DNA from: Macrostomum lignano
Taxonomy: Eukaryota
Assembly (NCBI GenBank): GCA_002269645.1
Contig: NIVC01001976.1
Coordinates: 152,767-216,766 of the forward strand
Direction: 5' to 3'
DNA: 64,000 bases
Positions 36,140 to 49,090 of this stretch are shown here, in pieces. Below the pieces are notes generated by a model that did no database searches, was not told where the DNA came from, and was given only the letters and a program-made list of their open reading frames with translations. Position 1 is the first letter of the stretch; every line of letters begins with the position of its first letter. The translations under genes were made by a program, and so were the position numbers.

Positions 36140-37799
36140 CCACTGACTCATCTGAATTGGCGCCACTGACTCATCTGCATTGGCGCCACTGACTCATCTG
36201 TATTGGCGCCACTGACTCATCTGTATTGGCGCCACTGACTATCTGTATTGGCGCTGTGATGAATACAATATGAATATATATAGCATGCACGATAAGCAAT
36301 TATTTAGGCCCTAGACAAACCTATTTTGGAGCGTTCGGAGATTTTAAAGCTATTGGCCTAATTGCCTATCGCCGGTCGGCGAGTCCTACCAGTCTTTCTC
36401 CAATAGCCGCAGGTACAGTACAAGAAAAGAAAGAACACGAGGGAACACGAACCGAATAGATTTAGAGAGTGATAATCCTATGAGAATAGCTAAACTTGAT
36501 TGACGGTTTAATTTGACAAGCTATGATAAGTTACAAGGCTCTCAATACTATTCACGGCACAGATAAATTGACACTGATGATAACGAGTAATAACGATTAG
36601 CGATAATAAATTAATAACGCAACTGGCAAGCGGATCTCAGCAGAGGAAAAGGAAGAAGAACCGAACGCGACCACGGAGAAGACTCCTAACCCCTGGCCTA
36701 AACCAGAACCTACACTCAAACGAGAGCCCTGCCGAATTGACCGTTCAACGGAGCACTGACTAAATTCTATCTGCGCTGCCCTTCAGTGTGACACTGAGGC
36801 CCTCGGGGTCGAGGCCGCGTACTTGATCAGATCCGACAGTCTCTATCCAAACCGCGCTTGATAGCGACGACGTCAGACAAGGATGCCGAATCGTTACGCT
36901 ACAAGACTGAAGCGGTCGGGCGGGGAACAAAAATATGGACCGGGGGTGACGAACTCAGGCGCCTCAAAGCGCGAACCAAAAAAATCGGGCGAACAGCCGG
37001 GAAACCGGGACAGAATCAAAACCGGGGAAGGGAAGGCGAGGAGAGATCCGATTGCCAAACACACTTTCATATATAGTCAGAGTCAAACCCTCACAACCCT
37101 CCCCCTCAAGCCGGGTGGTGGTCGTCTGGCCGGCCGCCCGCTAAGCCGACTTGCACTGTGCCCGCGGCGCCGGGTAGAACTGGAACTTGCCGCGTGCCAG
37201 GGTCCAGGCCGGTTCTGATTGGCTGGCCGCGCAAAGCTGGGGTTCGCAGAAACTCAACCCTCCGCTGAGTCACAGATTTGGCGTCTAACTTCTAACCTGT
37301 TTACAATTTTAGATTTTAACTAACAAGAAAAAAGTACATTGAAAACGCATGACTAAACTAAAGCAAAATATTAATTATTCAATAACAATATAGAAACTAA
37401 TACAATTAATTAACTAACTAAAGATGCTCACACTACAGCGCCACTGACTCATCTGTATTGGCGCTACTGACTCATCTGTATTGGCGCCACTGACTCATCT
37501 GTATTGGCGCCACTGACTCTTCTGTATTGGCGCCACTGACTCATCTGTATTGGCGCCACTGACTCATCTGTATTAGCGCTACTGATCTGTATTGGCGCCA
37601 CTAACTCATCTGTATTGGCGCTACTGACTCATCTGTATTGGCGCCACTGACTCATCTGAATTGGCGCCACTGACTCATCTGTATCAGCGCCACTAACTCA
37701 TCTGTATTGGCGCTACTGACTCATCTGTATTGGCGCCACTGACTCATCTGAATTGGCGCCACTGACTCATCTGTATCAGCGCCACTGACTCATCTGTAT
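36140..37799. repeat. 23-bp minisatellite (unit B), split by an insertion
   Basis: About 5 copies at 36140-36254 and about 16 copies at 37438-37799. Confidence 0.93.
36255..37437. mobile_element. Solo-LTR-like element (1,183 bp) in the 23-bp satellite
   Basis: TGTGATG...CACTACA with 4-bp TSD GCGC (36251-36254, 37438-37441); absent from unit A. Confidence 0.82.
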
Positions 37800-38537
37800 C
37801 CGGTTGCTAAGGAAATCATCAAGCTTATCCGGTTGCTAAGGAGAGCTGGTAATGCTTCTTAGAAACAGTGCTCAAATTCGAACAATTCTGCAATCCAGCT
37901 TCATTCCCCTGCATTATTCACAACCAGAAATTCGAACCAATCAACGATATGAGCCATAAGAAAATGCTCATAAGTTTAGGAACAGGGATGGTCAAAAGCA
38001 CCTGGTCGTGTCACCTGGCCGAGGCTGAACGGCAGCGAGAGGACCCGATGAGAGCCTGGAGCGAGGGGACCAAAGTCAAGAAGTTGGCCCCAACATTGCG
38101 GTCGCCAGCCTCTGTCAAAAACACCCACCGCAGCTCGGCTCGCACCATCAGCAGTATCAAGGATCTCAGCAGTGCGCACATCAGCAATGAGCCGCTCAGC
38201 CCAGGACAGCCAAGACCAGCTCAGCAGGAGTTCATTGTGCTTCCCACGCTCAATTGTTTGCACAAGTGAAAGTTAGAAAAGTTCAGCTAGCTAAAATTGG
38301 TTTGCACTGGTGTGTTGTTGCTGGTCAGGCCGTGTTGCATGGAACTGGCTTGCAGGCGTCCAAACTTTCTCACCAAATAAAATTGCCAGGCTTTCTTGCT
38401 GTTGCTTTTGAAAAGGAGGCGCGAGCGAACGCATATAGCCACCTGTACTGACCGAAAATAAACCTCTTTAAACTGCCAGCCTTATTCAAATGCAAATCTC
38501 ACATCTGACACACAACTTTTACTCGGACCAGGCAACC

Positions 38538-38875
38538 CCCCTAGCAACCTGATCAGGGATTTCCCTAGCAACCTGATCAGGGATTCCCCTAGCAACCTGA
38601 TCAGGGATTCCTCTAGCAACCTAATCAGGGATTCCCCTAGCAACCTGATCAGGGATTCCTCTAGCAACCTAATCAGGGATTCCCCTAGCAACCTGATCAG
38701 GGATTCCTCTAGCAACCTGATCAGAGATTCTCCTAGCAACCTGATCAGGGATTCCTCTAGCAACCTAATCAGGGATTCCCCTAGCAACCTGATCAGGGAT
38801 TCCTCTAGCAACCTATTCAGGGATTCCCCTAGCAACCTGATCAGGGATTCCTCTAGCAACCTGATCAGGGATTCT
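38538..38875. repeat. 24-bp minisatellite (unit B)
   Basis: Same unit as 12722-13250. Confidence 0.95.
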
Positions 38876-39508
38876 GAACTCAAATAATGGCATTTTTACA
38901 CTAACTGTGCTCAGAAGTATTCTGTCTCAGTTCTCGCTCACTCACGCGATCACACAGGGTGCACAGAGGCCCGGACTGTCTAATCCTCAGGCGTACACGA
39001 ACTGCAACTCCATCAATCTTTAGTCACTACTGACTACTGCTTTTTAGATTGTTAGTAGTAGGTAAGGAGAATGCTCAGCATAATTATTATTTTATAACTG
39101 TCTGATATTATGAGAGGTGTATTGACAAAAATAATAAAACATCTTCATGCACGGGCGTGGATGTTCCGCCTCTCCTGCGACTCTCCGCCTCGCTTCTCAT
39201 TCGTTCCCGAGTTCACGCAGACTCTGCTCTCGTGAGATGCTGCTCAGCTGCGGCAAACCCAGACGGTGTCGGCATATCGACCAGGTGAAGCCTTGGCGGT
39301 CTAAACGACTAAAGGCTGGGGATTCCAGCTGCGTGTTTGTTGCATCAAGCTCCGGGTTTTCTGATTGGTCGAGCCCGGGATGACCAGCTCGACTCTGATT
39401 GGCTGAGCTCGAAACTCTGAAATCCTCTCGACCTTTGAGACCCCATTGGACTTGGCAGGTGCGAGCATAAATCATAAAAATGGGTAAGGCTAGCCAACAA
39501 GGTGAAAG

Positions 39509-40815
39509 ATAGGTGATCATATATCTAATGTGACAGGTAGGTGATCATATATCAAATGTGACAGGTAGGTGATCATATATCTAATGTGACAGGTAGGTGA
39601 TCATATATCTAATGTGACAGGTAGGTGATCATATATCAAATGTGACAGGTAGGTGATCATATATCAAATGTGACAGGTAGGTGATCATATATCGACAGAT
39701 AAGCCACTCAACAAAAGTAGATACCGCAGAAACCATTGACTCCTATTGACCCCATTGACCCCATTGACCCCATTGACCCCATTGACCCCATTGACCCCAT
39801 CGACCTCATTGACCCCGTTGACCCCATCGACCTCATTGACCCCGTTGACCCCATTGATCCCATTGACCCCATTGAGCCCCTTAGAGTGAGTCTTCAATGA
39901 GTGAGTCACCAATGTGGCCTCAGCTCACAGTCACCAATGAGTGAGTCACCAATCTGGCCTCAGCTCACAGTCACCAATGAGTGAGTCACCAATCTGGCCT
40001 CAGCTCACAGTCACCAATGAGTGAGTCACCAATCTGGCCTCAGCTCACAGTCACCAATGAGTGAGTCACCAATCTGGCCTCAGCTCACAGTCACCAATGA
40101 GTGAGTCACCAATCTGGCCTCAGCTCACAGTCACCAATGAGTGAGTCACCAATCTGGCCTCAGCTCACAGTCACCAATGAGTGAGTCACCAATCTGGCCT
40201 GAGCTCACAGTCACCAATGAGTGAGTCACCAATCTGGCCTGAGCTCACAGTCACCAATGAGTGAGTCACCAATCTGGCCTGAGCTCACAGTCACCAATGA
40301 GTGAGTCACCAATCTGGCCTCAGCTCACAGTCACCAATGAGTGAGTCACCAATCTGGCCTCAGCTCACTCCAGTGTGCCAATTCCATGGCGCCAATAGGG
40401 CGCCAATGCCAGGCCGCAATGCAGGGGCAGCAGGAAAAGGGCGCTAATGCAAGGCCGCAATGCAGGGGCAGCAGGAAAAGGGCGCCAATGCCAGGCCGCA
40501 ATGCAGGGGCAGCAGGAAAAGGGCGCCAATGCCAGGCCGCAATGCAGGGGCAGCAGGAAAAGGGCGCCAATGCCAGGCCGCAATGCAGGGGCAGCAGGAA
40601 AAGGGCGCCAATGCCAGGCCGCAATGCAGGGGCAGCAGGAAAAGGGCGCCAATGCCAGGCCGCAATGCAGGGGCAGCAGGAAAAGGGCGCCAATGCCAGG
40701 CCGCAATGCAGGGGCAGCAGGAAAAGGGCGCCAATGCCAGGCCGCAATGCAGCGGCAGCAGCAAAAGGGCGCCAATGCCAGGCCGCAATGCAGGGGCAGC
40801 AGCAAAAGGGCGCCG
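39509..40815. repeat. 28-, 9-, 40- and 41-bp repeat cluster (unit B)
   Basis: 40-bp unit expanded to ~12 copies (39895-40368); 41-bp unit ~10 copies (40388-40815). Confidence 0.93.
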
Positions 40816-43800
40816 TGGCTGCGGTGCAGAGGCTGCATTTGAGCGCCGGTCCTCAGCGGCTGTCCTGGCGGGGTCGCCAGAAGGGCAGCTCAAAACTTCA
40901 GTGCTTCCGCAGCAGCCCCTCAGCTCAGCCCAGTGGATTCGCCCCTGCTGCAAAATGGCTGAGTCCCGCACTGCTCAAACTCAAACTGCTGCAGGATGGT
41001 GGAAGCAAGAGGAGAGCAAATGCTCTGTGTGGCAGGTGGGCGAGCGGTCAGCCCTGGCAACACGGGAGACATAGGAGCGGTCAGCCCTAGCAACACGGGA
41101 GACATAGGAGCGGTCAGCCATGGCAACACGGGAGACAGGAGCGGTCAGAACAAAAAAGTGTTCTGCATCACAAATTTTCATGGTTGAGTTTTATAACATA
41201 GTGAAAATATTTTCTTTGAAACTTCCCCTACCATAAACACTGAGCTCGTGCTCAGTTTCCACTGAAACTCAGTTGTGTTATGTAGTATTGTGAGCAGACA
41301 GTCAGCTGCCTCCGCCAATCTTCACAAGCTGCTCTTTGGAAACGAACCGGCCTGGGCCGCCTAAGCCTTCCACGTCTGCTGCGCTCCCCGGCCAGCTCAT
41401 CCATTGTTTTGGGGTGGACCAGAGGTTCCGCTTTCCAATGTGCGTTTCAGCCCCACTTCTGCCAGTACGCAGCCAAGTTCTACTCAATTGTCTGAGGGTA
41501 GGGATTACCTGCAGTTGCCCTGTCAGCCATCCGGATGTACGGGAATGAATTTCTGTGACGGCTGCGTAAGCTCCGTTTCCCTCCCAGCCTTCCCTCCAGC
41601 TCTCCCCTGCATTGTTTGGTCTTCCTACCTCTGACCCTCTGTCTCTTCATTTCATCTCAAGTACCGTGTTTGCTTGCTGCAGAGCCTCCTGTCTGCTTTT
41701 GCGAGTTCCGCCTTCTCTGCAAACTGCGAGTCTCTGCCTGCCGCTCCATCTGCAGATTGACGAGTTCAAAATCATAACTGGCAATCGGTGAGTCCTGCTC
41801 TGCCCTGCTTCAGTCTGCTGGGCTGGCATTGGAGTGAGCTGTCAGTTAGGCTTGCGATTAGGCTGGGAAAATGTGCTGACGCCCCCGGCGCTAACGAAGC
41901 CGTCACAGCCTCACAGTCACTTCAATATGGGGCCGGATGATTAGCAGAAGCTGACTGACCATCTCACATTCCTACAGATAACTGATAACCCAATTAACTG
42001 TTTAAATTGGTGCCACTTGAAACAACAGCGGTTATAACAAAGGATAATAATAATTAGAGACACGCAGACGATATACTACTGTCAGTAGGGTGAGCCGTCA
42101 CTTTGAACAGCCGGTCAGGTCGCTTATAAATATGAATAAAAAACAAAGCTGGCAGTGGGAGAAGCCCGGACCGGTGCGGCCGGCTTTGAGACTCGCCGCA
42201 CAGCAGGGGGCCGGCAGGTTGCATTTCTAACAGGCAACCAGCACACTGTAACACCCTGATTCTGTGATATTGTGCATGACTGTCGATTTGTCGACGGTAT
42301 TGTCTGTGTCTGCTGTCTACAACTGGATGATATTGTATTTTTCGAGCCATTAAATTTCTTCTCAGTCCCCAAAACGAGGACTCAGAAATGATAGGTTGAG
42401 GACTCAGAAACGATAGGTTGAGGACTCAGAAAGAAACGATTTTAGGACTTAAACGATTCAATCGTCTCATACGAGTAGAAGCAAGATGAATACAAAAGTG
42501 CAACAACGAGGCAACAAGTAGTTAAAAGTGGCAAAAATTGTCCAAAAGTTCATCACATTATTAACTGTGTAAATGTAGACAGTCACTCCTATGCAACAGC
42601 TGAATTAAAGCATTGCACTTGCTCCCATCCTGTTTGCGCTTTTCGAAAAAGAATCGCCTCAGAAGATATTTCCAACTGCCTCGACTCGGTTCTTCAATCG
42701 GTTTGGAGACAAGAAGTGCTTTGGTTTCACCTTGCAAATCTGTGCAATCTCATGAGGTCACGCAAATTGTTAAGATGAGGAGCCAGCACTGAATGTATGA
42801 CTCTGTCTGCCTCTGTCTATGCTAGTCTGGCCAAAATGAGATGGCCATATGCGTTTCCAACCCTCTTCTCCTGCCAATGCGCTGTCAAATTGTACTCATT
42901 GGTGTGCGGGCAGGGCCTTCTTTCCTGTGCTCTGTGCTTGCACCATCAGCCCTCCTGTCGTGCGGGAATGACTTTCTGTGACGGCTTTGTACGCTCGTTT
43001 CGACAAGCGCTCACTCTGCTGTGCATTTCTGTGCTTTGCTTGACTTTTGGCTTGCCATTCTCTTCCAGATTGCTTTCCAACCAGCGTTCAATTCCACTAT
43101 AGCAGCCCACCATAATTTATTTGGTCTCTTCTTTTTCCACAAGTACCGTGTTTGGTTATTGCAGAGCGCCCTGTCTGCTTTTGAGAGTTGTGCTTTCTCT
43201 GCAAGTCTCTGCTGCCAGCAGCCTTGCGAGTTCAGAACTGGCCATCGGTGAGTCCTGCACTGCCCTGCTGCAGTCTGCTGTGTTGGCGTTGGAGTGAGCT
43301 GTCGATTTCCCACTCACTGAATCCTTTACTCTGAATTCACAGACTGGCTTCTCCTTCTCTTCTCCCTCCTTCTTCCCCTCTTCTTTCCCCTGTTTTTCTC
43401 GCTCCCCTCTTTCTCCCTCGAGTTCAGGTTTACTCTGGGCTGAGACCTGACCACTGTGACTACTTAAACCGCTCAGTAGGAGAGATTTTAAGATCTCAGA
43501 CTGCACTGAGGCACAGTGTGTCAGCTCAGCTTCATCAAGTACAGCTTGGCGTGGCCGCTGCAACCGCAGACTCTCCGTTGCCATGCTGGGTGCACAGAGG
43601 CGAAGGCGGCGACTCAGCGCTCATGCTCGGGAGAGAAGTTTCGGCTGCTCAGGCCGGGGTGGTCGGCCTCGCATGAGACTACAGAGTGTGGGCAGCTGAG
43701 AGACTTTGGCAACCTGTTGCACATACGTTTGAAATGCATGCCTCTCTGACTGCAGCCGTGACTGACATCTGCCACTCTGACAACATCTAGGAATCATTAG

Positions 43801-43947
43801 GTATTCCCTTCACAAGTCTTCAAAATCACGACGCCACCCTTTTTCTCTCTGACCGTTTCTCTAAATCCATTAAAGTACTCGTAATAAACCAGGAGAAAAC
43901 TATTTACGTACCTTCTAGATGAAGCACGCATCAGCACACCAAGCGAA

Positions 43948-46900
43948 ATGAGCCAACAGGTCAGATCCGATGAGGCCGCCAAGACAGGAAATATCCAGGC
44001 ACTCCAACATCATCTGGACCTTCAGAGAGAGACAAACAGAAAATATCTTTTTTGCAAAAAATATTCTAAACTTGCCGCAAGAAAGGGTCAGTTAAAAGTA
44101 GTCAAGTTTCTCGTCTCTAAAGTCGCTGACCCAACAAGAAGAGATCAGTGCTGCATCGAGGCTGCAGAATCTGCTGCATACAATGATCAGTGGGATGTCA
44201 TCAAGATTCTCGTGTCTAAAGTCGCTGACAAAACAAAAAAATATGATTGCTGCATCGAGGCTGCCACATCTGCTGCATACAATGGTCAGTTAGAAGTGGT
44301 CAAGTTTCTCGTGCTAACAGTCGCTGACCAAACAAGAAGAGATCAGTGCTGCATCAAGGCTGCCAAATCTGCTGCATACAATGGTCAGTTAGAAGTGGTC
44401 AAGTTTCTCGTACCGACAGTCGCTGACCAAACAAAAAAAGATGATTGCTGCATCGAGGCTGCAAAATCTGCTGCATACAATGATCATTGGGAAGTCGTCA
44501 AGTTTCTTGTAGCGACAGTCGCTGACAAGATAAGAAGAGATCAGTGCTGCATCGAGGCTGCTGAATCTGCTGCTGACAATTACCAGTGGGAAGTCGTCAA
44601 GTTTCTCGTGCCGACAGTCGCTGACCAAACAAAAAGAGATCAGTGCTGCATCGAGGCTGCCACATCTGCTGCATACAATGGTCAGTTAGAAGTGGTCAAG
44701 TTTCTCGTGTCGACAGTCGCTGACCAAACAAGAGGAGATCAGTGCTGCATCAAGGCTGCCACGTCCGCTGCATCCAATGGTCAGTTAGAAGTTGTCAAGT
44801 TTCTCGTGTCGACAGTCGCTGACCAAACAAAAAGAGATCAGTGCTGCATCGAGGCTGCCACATCTGCTGCATACAATGGTCAGTTAGAAGTGGTCAAGTT
44901 TCTCGTGTCGACAGCCGCTGACCAAACAAGAAGAGATCAGTGCTGCATCAAGGCTGCCACATCTGCTGCATACAATGGTCAGTTAGAAGTGGTCAAGTTT
45001 CTCGTGGCGACAGTCGCTGACGAAACAAGAAGAGATCAGTGCTGCATCGAGGCTGCCACATCTGCTGCTGACAATGATCAGTGGGAAGTCGTCAAGTTTC
45101 TCGTGCCTGAAGTCGCTGACCAAATAAAAAAAGATCAGTGCTGCATCGAGGCTGCTGAATCTGCTGCTGACAATGATCAGTGGGAAGTCGTCAAGTTTCT
45201 CGTGCCTAAAGTCGCTGAGCAAACAAAAAGAGATCAGTGCTGCATCAAGGCTGCAAAAATGGCTGTAATCAGTGGTCAGTGGGAAGTCGTCAAGTTTCTC
45301 GTGCCGACAGTCGCTGACCAAACAAAAAGAGATCAGTGCTGCATTGAGGCTGCCACATCTGCTGCTGACAATTATCAGTGGGAAGTCGTTAAGTTTTTCG
45401 TGCCTAAAGTCACGGACCAAAAAAAAAGATATGATTGCTGCATCGAGGCAGCTAAATGTGCTGCACACAAAGGTAAGATAGAAGTCGTCAAGTTTCTCGT
45501 GCCGACAGTCGCTGACCAGACAAAAAGAGATCAGTGCTGCATCAAGGCTGCCACATCTGCTGCAAGAAATGGTCAGTTAGAGGTCGTCAAGTTTCTCGTG
45601 CCTGAAGTCGCTGTCCAAACAAAAAGATATGATTGCTGCATCGAGGCTGCCACATCTGCTGCAATAAATGGTCACTTAGAAGTCGTCAAGTTTCTCGTGC
45701 CGACAGTCGCTGACCAAACAAAAAGAGATCAGTGCTGCATCAAGGCTGCTAAATCTGCTGCAAGAAAAGGTCAGTTAGAAGTCGTCAAGTTTCTCGTGCT
45801 GACAGTCGCAGACCAAACAAAAAGAGATCAGTGCTGCATCAAGGCTGCTAAATCTGCTGCAAGAAATGGTCACTTAGAAGTCGTCAAGTTTCTCGTGCTG
45901 ACAGTCGCAGACCAAACAAAAAGAGATCAGTGCTGCATCAAGGCTGCAGAATCTGCTGCTGACAATTGTCAGTGGGAAGTCGTCAAGTTTCTCGTGCCGA
46001 CAGTCGTTGAACAAACAAAAAGAGATCAGTGCTGCATCAAGGCTGTCAAATCTGCTGCTGACAATTGTCAGTGGAAAGTCGTCAAGTTTCTCGTGCCGAC
46101 AGTCGTTGACCAAACAAAAAGAGATCAGTGCTGCATCAAGGCTGCGAGAATAGCTGTAATCAGTGGTCAGTGGGAAGTCGTCAAGTTTCTCGTGCCGACA
46201 GTCGCTGACCAAACTAGAAGAGATCAGTGCTGCATCGAGGCTGCTGAAACTGCTGCTGACAATTATCATTGGGAAGTCGTTAAGTTTCTTGTGCTGACAG
46301 TCGCTGACCAAAGAAAAAGAAATCAGTACTGCATCCAGGCTGCACAATATGCTACAGAAAAGAATCAAGGAGAAGCGGTTGATTTTCTCATCTCGTGTCT
46401 CTCAAGTCCGGATCAGAGAGCGAATCTCCGTATCCATTGCGCAGTCACGGCTTGCTCTCGTCTTCACGAAGATGTCGTTGCCTCCCTCGGCCTCGAGCCC
46501 GAATGGCTCTTCCAATCCAGCAACATCCTCAACTTCACCGCAGCAATGGCCATCGAAGGCAGGAACTCTGTTCTCAAAAAACATTCTCTCGAATGCAGCC
46601 AGCTCACATCACACAGCTGCTCCGTCTCTCCATCTCTCAAAGACACGTCGCTCTTGCTGTCACACTGATCAATGATGAGCGAGTCAGCACAGAGCATGTC
46701 GATCTACCAGACAGCACTGGAGCCACTGCTCTCATGCTGGCAGCTGATGCAGGTCATCACGAGCTCATTGAGAAACTCATCGATCTCAGTGCGTCAGTGC
46801 GTGCTGAAGACAGTCAGGGTCGGACTGCTCTGTCACGAGCGTGCGAAGCCGGTCACGTGCGAGCAGCCAAGGCTCTGATGGGCAGAGGAGCAGATGCGAG

Positions 46901-46993
46901 TCATCGAGACGGTCAGGGTCTGACGTGCGCGCAGGTGGCAGAGCGATATGAGCAGCGGGAGATGCTGCGGCTACTGGATCCCATTGGAGCGGG
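43948..46993 (+). CDS. Gene 3 exon 1: 23 variable ankyrin-like repeats plus ~3 canonical ankyrin repeats
   Basis: ORF 43948..46668 continues into ORF 46395..46997 after a missing A in an A-run at ~46576; phase-2 donor GG|GTGAGT (intron starts 46994). Confidence 0.85.
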
Positions 46994-47754
46994 GTGAGTG
47001 TTGGTCTAGGCAAAACTGAGCCAGGTCATGTTTGCAAGCGAAGAAGACTACGATTGAACAGAACCATGCTCACTGGCAAAGGCAAATGTACAAACTGTTA
47101 GGGGTAAAACGATAGCGCGCAAGAATGACCAGTCACGGTAGGGAGAGAGAGAGAAAGTGACAGTGAAACAACGTGAAAACCAAAGTACAACCCCAACAGT
47201 GAGTGAGGCGGGAATTTCGCGAACATCTTTTTATGATATTATTTTTTAAGCTAAGCACTAGAAATCTAGTGCCCCCTTACGAGGCGCACAACAAGCAATC
47301 AAAGAACCAATTCCTTCTTCTGTTTTATAAATCACCTTATTCGAGTAAAATTGTCACGGACAAAGATGTTTGCTAAGAATCTCTATTTTGTGAAAGTAAC
47401 AAAAATACGAAAAAAATACAACAAAAAAGCTTTCACAAAGATAACACGCATTTGTCCTAATAGAATGTATAACTCAGACCGCAAGAATCCCCCCAAATAG
47501 CAAGCTTCCTCCGGTAGCATGCACCCCCTTCCTAAATAGCAAGTACCCCCAGATGGAGAGCAACCCAGACAGAAAGCATCCTACTCCCCCCCCCCCCCCA
47601 AGATACAAAGCATACGCCCAATTACAACAGCAAGCACCCCCCAAACAATAGCAAGAACCCCAAAATACAATCCTAAGTATCCCCCAGATAGCATACCCCA
47701 AGATGGCAAGATCCTTAGCAATAATCCTTGGTTCATCAAGTGCAGTAATCCTTG

Positions 47755-49090
47755 TGTTATGCTTTTGGCGGCTTCTCTTCTGGCTCGAGATAGAACAAGG
47801 ACTTCCCTGGGTGGTCGGGTAGGTCTTGATATCCCACCGCTGCCACCAGTGTGATGCTGTGGCTTTTTGCCTTGTGGATCCCACCAATGTAACCAATGTA
47901 ATGGCCTTGTGGATCCCCGTCTCTATGGTGATTACTGCTGTTGCCTACTACTTCCTCTGTCTGTCCTCGCCATCTAGCACGGCCGGTAGCTGGCCTGAGT
48001 GGTCTAGCACTATGGTCCGAATTAACCCCTCTTAGTCTCCACTGAGTACCGTTAGATAATAACCGAGTAATGGTAGTTGGGTTGCTGCCACCTTGTAGGT
48101 CTACAGGTGATATCCTCGACAGGTTACCCCTAGGTAGGCCTACTGATAAGTAGAAAATAAATAAGACAACACAAGTCAGTTAAACGTTTATTAATGTGAG
48201 TAACGGTCACAGGCCGATCCTAAAATATCGTTTAGTAGCTCAACTGGTGTCGCAGTAAACGCCCTAAGCTGTACTGTGCGTCAGTTGATGTTGCCCAACA
48301 GTGTAGGTTGTAGGCCACGAGACCAGGTCCAGACGGTGTTGAAGGTCTGGCGAGCTGCTGACACAAAGACCTGCGGCAGTCTTAATGAGCAAATGGCAGC
48401 TGCAACAAAGGTTTGTTAGCAGGTTATCCCTAGGGAAAACGTCTAGCGATCTGCCTAAGCTAGTTCGTCTAGGAAAAGCATCTAGGAATCTAGCCTTTGC
48501 TCGAAGCCAAGCAGGCGGTCTCCGAACGGATCGAGATCGTCTCCTGAACGAGGATGGTCTCTTTGGGCCTTCACCTATTCTGTATTTATACTAAAATTCG
48601 GGGGTCTCAGGGCCAATGGGAAGCTCAGAGGCAGTTCCGTGGCAGATCCCATGGCAGTTCCGTGGACTACCCGGAGCCAGGAGCGATCTTGGAGATGTCC
48701 ATAAGACATCTGCCTCATCATGCAGCCTCCGCATGGCCTGCTGGTACACTGCTTGCATGTTGCCGCATGCAAGGAGTGCAACCAAGACCCACGAAATCCT
48801 ACCCGGGCGGAGAGCTATGCTCTCACTCCCGCTGACTAAAAAAGCCTGTACTAAAGGAGAAATATCCCACTGACTAATGTTTCTATTTTTAGCCCATTGC
48901 AGACTGCGCCAGGGGGAGAGGGGGGGAGAGTTTCTCTCCCTGTCCCGCGACAGCTGCACACCTGAGCCTGCACAAGGGAAGAGGAGAAAGGGACAGCCCT
49001 ATGCCCAGCTCCCACTGCTGCAGCCCAAGCACTAACTGACTAAGAGGGGATCCCAGGAGCAGCCTATGCTAGCTATGCTGGATCACCACA
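47755..49090. mobile_element. Solo-LTR-like element (1,336 bp) in the 24-bp satellite
   Basis: TGTTATG...TCACCACA with 4-bp TSD CTTG (47751-47754, 49091-49094); absent from unit A. Confidence 0.82.
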
